64,000 nucleotides of DNA. It comes from a virus. Lineage: Duplodnaviria > Caudoviricetes. The notes under the pieces were generated by a model. It searched no databases. It saw only the letters and a list, made by a program, of their open reading frames with translations, and was not told where the DNA came from. Positions 47,977-59,900 of this stretch are shown piece after piece (the first letter of the stretch is position 1; each line of letters begins with the position of its first letter). The position numbers and the translations under genes were made by a program. The stretch spans positions 2,023 through 66,022 of IMG/VR virus record IMGVR_UViG_3300020455_000015; one strand, written 5' to 3'.

Positions 47977-50900
47977 TCATGGTGTGTGACCTTTCCTAAG
48001 TGCTCCAGTATCACGAATACCAAAGACTCTTCTTTGGATGGTTGGGAAAGTTGAAATTCCTAATCCATTACCGCTTATAATAGTATTTCCAGTAACGCCA
48101 ATTGCTATTGGATTATTTCTGGATATTGCAGCACCACCACCACTAGAATTAGTTAGATAACCCCATGAGAATTTACCCCTAGTTCTTTCTCTTACATATA
48201 TCACACCATTCATACTTGCATGAGGGGTTGTGCAATAATACACAAATGATGTATGCCCAACTCCAGCAGTATTGAATGTTAGAGTTCCATTTGATAGGTT
48301 GTTATTTGTAACTCCTTCGGGTGCGGTTAATGCTGCTCCACCATATGTTTTTGCTATTCTTATTGGATGAGCTCCTATAGCACTAACAATGCTTAATACA
48401 TCACCTTCATCGAGATAAATGGTTCCATTTGCTGCATTTGATAGGGGAGTTTGTGTACCAAATTCCGATCTGTGCTTACCATTTAAAACATAATTACTAT
48501 TCCCATTTGCTGTGAATGTAACGCTGTATGGTAGGTTTACCTCGGCATTATTTATTCCAGTGGTGTTTATACCAGCTCCCTTAACATTAACTTCAATCTC
48601 TGCATTATTTGAATGTCTATTAATATTCTTGATAATATAAACATTATCTAAGAATGTTCTTCCAATACCAACTACATCGTTATCATTTCCACTCTCATTT
48701 AAACTTGTTACACCATGACCCACATTAGTATTTGATATAAAGATTGGCATGGTAGGTAACAAATCAGTGAATGCCTGACCAGATGCAGCTTGTAATCCAA
48801 TTCTAAGTCCTGAAGTTGAACCTATAGTTATTGTAGAAATACCTGTCACTATACCAGAGAAACCTTTAACATGAGTGATGTTTGAAACTGTTTCTTCAAT
48901 TGGTTCAGGTGAAGATATCACTACGTTTGGACTTGCATTGATTGTATTTGTTACAATTCCACTTGAGGAATCTGATGTTGAAGTATCACTGAATAATTCT
49001 ATTGATCCTGTATATCCAGCACCTGCGTTTGTGATCGTCACAGAAGTCACAACACCATTAGTAATATTTGCAGTTGCAGTTGCAGTTGTTCCTCCAGAAA
49101 CCACTGATATTGGAGGATTTGCGATTAATATGGAAGTTGAACTGCCAACATATCCCTTACCACCATCAAGAATTGATATGGCAGATATTGTGCCAGTTCC
49201 TGAAACTGTTGCACTTAATTTTGCTGGTCTTGATCCTAAATTATCAAATATTTGAGTAGAGAAGTTAATACTTGATACTGCAGAATCATTATCCTTCTCA
49301 TATTCAAAGAAGTTAGAATCGTCAACATATATTCTATCAGTTGATACACCAATATCACCAATAATTTTTGCTGTTGGGAATACTAAAGGTTCAATTGAAT
49401 CTCTGGCTTTTGAAACAATAACACCATTTACAACCTTATCAATCTTTTGCTTACTCCAACTCAAAGTCTTTAAAGATGCAGAGTCATTAATTCCTACACC
49501 AGTGTAGATTTCTGTTTCAAAAGTATCAACAGTAGTGATACCTGAAACAGTTCTCTTTTTCTGCTGTTGGTCTACTATCAGTCTTGTATTTGCATTTGTA
49601 AGTGTAGTTACATCAGCATTTGCTTGAAGTTGAACTAAGTCACCATCTTTTATAGTTTCTTTTGCATCTATTTCAGAAACATCTTCTGCAGAAGTACCTT
49701 TGTAGAAGAATATTGTAATATTATCATCAGGTTCAGGTGCCACTGTAAAGTTAAATGTTGTTCCACCTTCAAATGTATATGAAGATCCGGGTTCTTGTAA
49801 TACACCATTTACGTATATTACAAGTAGTGAATTCATATCAATAAGTTGAGAATCAACTGAAGCACCAATATCAAAACTTAACAATTCCTGATTGAGTCTA
49901 AGTGGGAATCTTGTTCTTACACCATTCTGCAAACTATTAATTGGATCGATGAAATCAAATTCACCAAAGTCCCAAGCAGAGAACTTATCTGTAAATATTT
50001 CAGTAACTTCTAATGTGAAATCTTGTAGTGTTGCACCTCTTGCAGTTACTAGTCCAACTGGTTTAATAACATCACCAACTTTGAATGAATGTCCAGGCCT
50101 TGTAATCTTAAAGGATTCAATTTCAAATAATGTCGATCCAATACCTACAGTAGAACTAGAACCAACATTTAATGATACGAGTAAAGATTCACCAGTATCA
50201 GTTGTTGGGCCTATTCCTAGTCTAGAAACACCTTGAACTGCCATGTTGTCATATGTTGGTTGTGGGAATTGGAATCTTGGATTTACATAATCTGTACCAC
50301 CAGCACCGATGTTAATATCTAATGTTCCACCCACACCAATGTTTCCAGTTGCTGAAGCACCAGTACCTGCTCCTCCACCAAATCCAATGAAAGCAGTAAT
50401 AGTATTTGTCGTTACCGCAGTAATTACAGTTGCAATACCAGCAATCGGATCAGGTAATCCTGTAGTTTTAGAAAGTGCACGAGGATATGCGTGATTTGAT
50501 GCGAAATTGTCTCTTGAGCATGTAAATACAACACTTCCAGTATCAATACCAACAAAGTTACCAGCACTTAATCCATGACTTGCTATTGTTAATGTGAGCA
50601 ATCCAGTATGTGAAATATATGTTGCGTTAGTTGCAGTTCTCTGGGTTGCAGCAAATATATTATTACCTGATGCATTTGTTCTAATTGATCCAACACCAGC
50701 ACTTACAAATCGATGTTCGTACGCTAAGTCAGTAATACCGATAGCAACTGTGCCTCCAACTGGTCGATATCCAGATCCAAAGGATAATGTTCCGGGAGGT
50801 CTTGATGGAGATACTGATTGATCATATACTGTTGATCCAATACCTACAGCTGTAATTACACCAAATTGATTTAATATTCCAGTAACAGCAGCACCAATTA

Positions 50901-53900
50901 GAGGAGCCACTCCACGTCCACCAGATGATCCAACTGAAACAACCATTCCACCCCTTGGAAGTTGATTCTGGTTCACATCAAGATTGCTTATGATCTTATT
51001 ACCAGTTCCTTCAGAACTAATTCCAGTAAATACTATATCTTGAGCACTTCCCCCAACCTCAATAAAACTATAATTATTGTTCAAATTATTTCCAGTGGTT
51101 GGTTTTTGGAATATACCATTAATTAATACAAGAGAACTACCTGTAGTAATTCCAGTTGTGTTTGCACCACCAACTGTCATTCTAAATGTATCTTCAATTC
51201 CTGTAAATTTAGTTGATACGTCATCAAATATCTGATTAGCATCATAAGTTTTTCTTAAATAAACTCTACCTTGGAAATCAGATCTTTCTGGTTCTAAATT
51301 AGATAAATTTCTGGATAAACTATTTGTTCCTCTTGGAGGATCAGTGAAGTGAACTGTGCTATCAACAATATTGAATGATCCAGAGAATATTCTACCAATT
51401 GAAGATATTCCAGATTGACTATGAACTGCTGGTGTGGTTCCTAATTTTCCTCGTGAAACTTCTACAATAAAGTAAGTTCCTATACCAGTCACAGGCCCAA
51501 CAGTTGTTGTTCCAACTCCAACTGAATTTACTCTCATAAATTCATCATTAAATTTAAGAGAATCACCAATATTAATTGATGATATTCCAGATATACTAAA
51601 CGCAGTCGTTGTTGATGATATATTTCCACCAATATTATGCTGAAGACCAGTTGTTACTGGTGTAAATGACATTGGAGATTGAATCAATCCATCAACAACC
51701 AACACACTCTTCTCTAATTTCTTCTTCATCCCTAATTGATGAGCATTACCAGATCCAACTGTGGCAAATGTAAGTGCGGTTCCACCCTTAGTTGCTGCTA
51801 TCTGGAATGTATCATTAGTTAATTTTTTAGCAAATACAATTGATGGAACATTAGTATTATGTGCGGTTGTCATTGCAGTAGCAGCAACCCCAATAAATGT
51901 TGATTTTGGAGTATAAACTAACTCTTCACCATCGGAGAAGAAATGATTATCAATACTAAACACACCAGTCGATGTATTAATACCAACTCCTGTTGTTGGA
52001 TTAAATGTTTTCGCAAAAATTGGAACATCATTATGCTTAAGTTCAAAGTCAGTTTTATTTGTTCTTGTTCCATTTTTTGCATTATATTGGAACACACTTA
52101 CAGACTCACTAATTCTTCCATACTTAAGTTCATCTGGTATATTGCGAATATCAATATCCCTATAGATAACTTCACTTAAATGTTGAATATGATGCTTTCC
52201 TGTCCCAGAATCAGGATGGAATTTTAATACAAAATTACTTGATGTAAGATTTGCAGAGAATGTACCAATACCTGATGTACTACCAATTGATACGAATGGA
52301 TAATGAACTGTATGGGTGTCTGATCCATTATGGATAGCTACAACTTGATGAATTGCATGAGTTGCTCCTGCACCAACAGCAGTCCCAAGTCCGACTTTTA
52401 CAATACTTCTAATTGCACTAAATTTATTTGAATCTACTCCGACTATATTTGAAACTGCAGAACTTTGAACAGATGATATACCTGACTGTAATATTAATGT
52501 TCTTTCTGTACCATCAGGTTGTCCAGCATTTTTGAACCTATGCAATCCAGTAAGGCCTTCTGTACCAAAACCAACAACTTTTGCACTTACTTGAATCTCA
52601 TTAGACTCTGTATTATGGAAGTTAAGTTTAATAACATTATTCTCAAGTTTTGATGTAAATGTTCCAATAAAGTTTGATGAGAAATTTTGTGCTGAAGAAG
52701 TATCTGCATAATATTCACTAAAGAATGAATCTGTGCCATCATGAGTCACATAAATGTCTATATGATTCTTCTCGCCACTTGTAGTGTCCTTTACCTCTGC
52801 TGTAGCATAGAAAGCAGAGAAATTAGTTGTGAACCCACTAACAATCGTTGTAGTTGATCCCACAGCAACTCTTGATGTTGTAACACCAGTTAGAGTTACA
52901 CCTCCAATGGCTTGATTACCACTAATGACAGGATCAGTATTAAATACGTTCTTAAGAATTTTAATATCCAGATCATCATTATTTGGATCTGTAGGACGGA
53001 TAACCAATCTTGGATTACCCTCAGAAGTTATACCTACAATATTTGCAATTGTTGATGCAGTTGATACGATACTATTTTTTTCGATAGTGAATGTATCCGT
53101 AGTATCAGTGAGCACAACTACTTCATCAAGTTGGATTTCACCAGTTATTATATTCCTAGTTTGAACTAAGAATCTAGCAAAATCTGCATCAAGAGGAACA
53201 TCAATTCTTCCTGTTAAGTTTGCATCTGCATTTGAGAATAGATCACGTATATTATCTACAGTAAGAACCCTATTTGTATTACACTGAATAAACTTAGCAA
53301 GTTTTGTATTTTTTAACTTAATAAACTTAGACTTAGTTCCATTATCGATTGTATCAACATCTGATGCAAGATCAAAATCATTAATAGTATCAACTCTTTG
53401 CTCAGTAATAATGTCTGCTGAAACAATTGTTCCGTTAGTTTGACCAATTCCTGCTGAAGCTATTGATGATATACCAACATCAGCAAAATTCTTTAATCCA
53501 CTAGTATGAACTAAACGATTTACTGGATCAATAACTTCATCAAATGTTTTGGGACTTTGTATTGTATATGATAAATTTTGATAATAATGATTGTCACCTA
53601 AGACCATAAAGTCTTCACTAAGTCTACCAATTTCATCATTCCAACCTTTGGTTTGACGAAGTGAGTAATCTATATTAAATACACCTTTATTTCTTGTTAA
53701 AGTATTAATTGTGGCAACAGTTCCAGAGTTTTCTCCACGAATTTTATCTCCAAGTTTTATTTCAAAAGATCCCTCTAATTTGATAAATTCATCTGCACGA
53801 TTATCAATAACAAGTAAATCAGTTTTAACAAATTTGTTATTCTTTTCAACTGAAATATTTTCACCAGTTCTAAACTCTGATGATTTTTGAGTTACTGTAA

Positions 53901-56900
53901 ACTGAGGATAATCACTAAATTTAATTATAGTTGCGAAATTCTGAACAGAAAGACCTATACCGGGATTTGTTGCAGTATCTGGTAGTTCAAATTTAACAAT
54001 AGCTGGATCAGTATTATTGTATTCTGTTACATTAAAGAATACAAATCCATTATCAGGAGAATTAAACCCATCTCCACCTGCGGTTGTAATACCAATATTT
54101 TCAACAAATACCTGTTCACCTACTGTAAACTGTGGTGTTGCAAATCCATTAATTGGTGTTTTTAATGTACATGTAACAATACCTGAGTTACTAGTCTCAA
54201 GATTAGTAATCTTATATCCATTTGTATTGTTTATTGTTCTTAATACATGAGTAGTATTAGTCAATCCTCTAGGTGATTCTAAAATCTCAACAGAGGTTAT
54301 TGAATTAGCTGTCAATCCAACTTGTATAATTCCTTGATCACCAGTTAGTTTTCCAGTATCTGGATCAACAACAACTAGATCTGGAGTGGTTAGATACTTA
54401 TCACCACCCTCTGCAATATTAACATCAACAATAGAATCAGAATTTATTAATGTTACTGTTGGAGATAATCTTGCTTCAGGCCTTAATGTTTTATCAGAAT
54501 GATAATCAAAACCGGGATCTGTAATTCTGACATTACTAATTTTATTAATTGAATCCGACAAACATAAAATACTAGCATCATCACCATTAGCAGATGTAAT
54601 ACTTGAAACACCGGGAACAGTAATGTAACCAAATCCACCTGATGTTAAGTTTATTTTTTCTACACCACCAACAACATTTTTTGAAGCCGTACTATAAGAT
54701 ATTGTAGATCCTGTTCCTACAGTATATGAAGTCTGTTCTGGGACTTGATGTAAAGATACATCAAAAGTATTGGTTGTGATACCAAAAACTTTATATGATC
54801 CATTATATTCACTATCAGTATAATTTACTTTTGATGCATTAACAACATCAGGATCAGATGTGCTTATAAAACCAGTTTTTTCTAATGTGTAGAATAATTC
54901 ATGTGGATTCGTTGAATTGTAATTCAAAGTTACGAATGAATTAGTGCCAATACCAGATGCTCCAGTTCTAGTAACACCAAAATTAACTGTTGATCCTGTT
55001 GATACAAATTCATTTTTAAATTCAGAATCAAAGTAGAAATTCAATTTGTATCCATTTAATGATGGATCTGAAACATAGAATTTTAAATTATCGTTTCTAA
55101 CTATGGTTAATGGTGGATTTACCTTGAATAGTTGCTGACCACTTCCACCACTACCTGCAGTTAAAGGAACTACTGTAGGTGGTTCATTTTGAACATCATA
55201 TAATGTTTCTGCTAGCTGGAAATTTTCATCATCAATTCTATAAACAAAATATGATCTTTCTGCAGTTAATCCTGTTGCTGGAGATGAAGCACTATAATAT
55301 ACTTTTTCTCCAGTTTTAAATCCATGTGAGGATGATATTTTATTACCAGAGATTATATCAGCCGCTGCAAAAGTTGTTGGTAATAAAAGAATCTTATCAT
55401 TCTCAGCACTATACTTAACAACAATTGACGTTGTAATACCTGTTCCTTTAGATTGATTTGAAACTAAATTAAGATTTACTACATCACCATTCAATAAACC
55501 ATGAGCTGAAGATCCTGTAGATACAGTAGTTGTAATTCTTTGAACTTTTGCAGTTACTTGATCAAAATTAGATTCTAAAGAATATTCAAAATTATTAAAA
55601 GTATCTCCTGTTCTAAAGAAAACAGCATCAGTATTAGCAGTTAATGCTAGTCCAACTACATCATCGGATATTTTTCTTATGAATACTGTTTGACTATTTC
55701 CTGATGCAGGTAAATTAAAATTAGCACCTTCTTGACCAATTTCTCCTAATCCAATAGCAAATCTACTTGCAGCATTTGTTGGTTTTCTAAGAATTACTTT
55801 TTGATTATCTTTAAATGGATGATTGGGTATGAATATTCCTTTGATGGGTATAGAAATTACTTCAGATAATTCACCTATGGTAAATGACTTACCAATAGTA
55901 ACATTTCTACCATCTGCAAAAGCATTTCCAGATAAATCTTCTCCCGGAGTTGTTGTACCAACACCAACGGATTCTGCAGGGTTAAAGTAAACTATATCAT
56001 TTGCTTTAGAGGTAAAATCTCCAATATCTGGAGATTCTATTGTAAAGAATTGTGGTATTGTTTGAACTAAACCACCTAATTTATGAGATACAGCTGCGTT
56101 TGATGGATGAACAATACCTCTCTTAACTCTTAAAATACTTCTTTCTCTATTGGTATTAAGAACTAATAATTTTTCAGTACCAATACCAATACTACTTCCA
56201 ACCGATACTGAAGATGGGATAGATGCAAGGTAAATATCAGTTACGACTCCAGCAGATGTTTGGCCGGGTAATGCTTTATATAAAACGTTACTTGATGATG
56301 TAACACCAATATTATGAGAATTAGTTAACCTTACAACACTTGTTGAAAGTCCAGATATAGCAACAACATCATTAGTAGTTAAATTATGAGATGTTGCAAT
56401 ATACCCTGATACTTTACCAACACCATTTCTGACCATTACAACATCATCATAAGTTTTTGTTGCAGTAGTAACTGTTGTTACTCCTACTCCACCTACTCTT
56501 TCAACTAAAGCACTAGCACCACCACCCTCAGTTTTTTCATTATCAAAGTTTAAACTATCACCAACTTTATAATTATCACCTTTACTTACAATCTGAAAAC
56601 CATTAATAGATCCCTTGGTGACTGATTCTACAATGGAAACTTGATCTTTAATTTCATAAGACTCAATGGCAAAATTGTAGTTTGAATTTTTATCAGATAA
56701 CTTGTATGGTAAAGTATTTCTAGTTAAATCTGAACCATTAAAATCAAATCTATTTTGATCTAATATAAAATTATCTTCAACGGGATCAGATCTAAAAGTA
56801 TCACCTATGAAGTATGGGAATTCTGGTTGAGATGTTACTGAAGATACCCCTGCAAAGTACGCATATGTGCCATTTGGAAAATCAGGTGTTTTACAATATC

Positions 56901-59900
56901 TACCATTACTTTCATCTAAATCACCCGCATTTGTATAAGTATGATCTTCAACAAAATATCCATTAGTAAATGTAGATGATGTTGGTCTGTTTACAACCTT
57001 AGATGTATCAATAACAAAACCAGTACGAAGATTAATTACAGCAGAACTATCATTATCTGCCTCTGAATATCCATATGGGCCATAAATTGGATTACCATCA
57101 TACGCCCAACCAATAATTGGAGAGTGCACTAACGGTGTTGTTGTGGTATCACCAAAAGCAGTTTGTATTTTACCAGAATAACCAACAACAGAGTATTGTA
57201 AATTAGTTTCTGATTCTCTTAAAAGAATCTCATCACCAAATCTTGTAAGATTGTTAACTTGTAAGGATCTAATAGATGAATCTAAAATATGTCCTTGACC
57301 TGCAGGTGATATTTGTAAGGTAGGTGTAAGAGTGTATCCAATACCAGAATTAATAACTTTTACGTCAGTAATTTTACCACCAGATACCACAGATCTTAAT
57401 TGTGCTCCAATTCCAGTGCCAACTCCAACTACGTTTAAATCTGGTGGTGATGTATACTCTTTACCACCAAATCTTACATCACATGATATAACCTTTCCAT
57501 CTTTAATAATTGGATTTAATTCTGCATTTTTACCAGTCAATACTTTAATTTCTGGTTTTTTCTCAAAATTTAGAATTTCGGAACCATAATCTGTTCCACC
57601 CTCATGAACATATGCATCTACTAATGAACCTCTTATCTTAGGAGTAATTACAAGATCCTCATCTCTTCCTTCAGATGCAGATACCTTGGAATAAACTGCA
57701 CTTACTGTTACAGTTACAGGTTCAAAGAAAAACTCATGATTTGAAGTCTTTGCATCTGTTATTCTTGTAAACTCACTTCTCAAGAAATTCTTATCTGGAT
57801 CAGTGGCTCCAAGTCCAACATTAATTAATTGGAACTTATCATCATCTAACTTGAGAATTCTATATCTTGTAGTAGTTGAAAGACCTGTAATAATATCACT
57901 TACTAACGTGGTTGATGGTTGATATTGAACTAAATCACCAGTTACAAATCCATGATTCTTAAATTCAATAGCATTCTCAACAGTCGATATACCAACTGGT
58001 TTTACAATTAATTTTCTATTAGTATAATTAGTTCCTGCATCAATAACCTTTACAGATTTTAAATGCTTTTTCTTTTCTAAAGTTCTGAATTTATGCTCAC
58101 CAGAGGCATTTTCAATAGTAAAACCAATAGTGTTTATCCCTGCAAGATAATCTGTTGCAGTTTCATATAAGTATACAGAATTTATACCTACAACTTTAGG
58201 ATAATAAACTCCACCATCTGATAATGTTTTATTTTGAACTGAGTTAGATCCACCAAAATCACCTTTACCTATGGATGGAAAACCATTATTATTGTAGACT
58301 AATGGCTCACCATCTCTTAAATTATGAGATTTCTTGAATGAAATCCAATCATTAATATGATCTACACCTCCACGAATATTAGATAATCTCCCATCAAATT
58401 CAAATTCTCTAAATCTTTCAGTAACGACTGGTAATAACACCGCACCAGATCCATTACCACCTGAGAGGGTCACGGAAAGGACTCTATCAACATCAAAATT
58501 CTGTTGGTCAACTAATACCTCTTCTAGTTTTCCTTTTACTACAGGTTGAACTAGGGCAGTTGTGGCAGATGCCAATCCGGGTGCAGATATTTGAATTGTT
58601 GGAGGATTAATTACATCAAAGTTTTTACCTTGATTTAAAATCTTTAGTTCTTCAATCTTACCATAGAAAATTCTATCAAAAGACTTATAATTGACTATTT
58701 CTACGCCGTTTATTAAAATTCCAGTCGAACCTACCTTTGTCTCTACTGAGTTTCCAGATTTAATATCTACCTCTGCTGGAAACTTTCTAAGAATCTTTTG
58801 AGTTCCAATTTGCTCATTCTTATGCCTTAGAAGAACAAACTTATGAGAACCAGTTCCAATTCCAGCTGCATTTAATTCTATATGTGGTGGATTCTCATCA
58901 TTGTCAGTAACAAGTATGAATGATCTTGATGGGAATAATCTAATAATTCTTCTCTTTCCTGCATTATCCTCAATAACTTTTACATAGTAAGTTGTACTGG
59001 ATGTTAAACCAACTATAGGTGCATTTTCAGGGACATATAATACTGAATCACCATCAATAAATGGAACAGTGTCTATAAACTGTATCTCTTTAAATAATCC
59101 AGATATACTATTTTTTGTAATTAAACCTGATTGTAATGTATTAAGAGGATCATTACTTGGATCAGAAATTTCTATCTTTACAACAGTTTTCTCAATCAAA
59201 TATGATGGCATTGATGATGATGCCACAAAATAAGTTTTATCTCTATCATTATAAGTATTTTGAACATTAGATGTAATTACATTATTACCAAATTCAAGAT
59301 TTATACCTGATATGGCATTAGTTTTATCTAATTCTCTCTGTAGATCATGTTCTTTTCCTTGAAGATCTATAGGTTGATCTAAGTCTAATTGATTGCTGTT
59401 TGCGATTGTTTGTACAACGATTCCAGTTTTTACTGGTATAGTTTCTCCTTTTCTTATTAAAGAAACTTTATCATTGGCTTTCAGTTGGGATATATCTAAT
59501 TCTGATTTTGTTTCAACACTACTTGTTACTCCTATTCCAACTCCGTTAACTTCTGAAACAATATTAAATCTACTTGCAGTATTGTAAATCCAAGAATTGA
59601 AAAATACAGTCTTTCTTGATCTTTCACTTCTAGGTGGATTTGGAATAATTTCACCTAAATTTTTAATTGTTACCTTTTCACCTTCTGAAGTAACGCTTGA
59701 ACCCGAAGTTTCTATTAACTCAAAATTTGATACAACACCAGTGATTCTCATTTCGACTCTCTTAGTCAAATCACCTTCTTCATATCCAAATATGAACTCA
59801 TCACTTCTTAAATCGTCAGCTGATCTAATAGAGACACCAATTCCTGAACAATTTAAAAACTGATTAATTGTTTTATCATTATATGTGATGGTATTGATAC

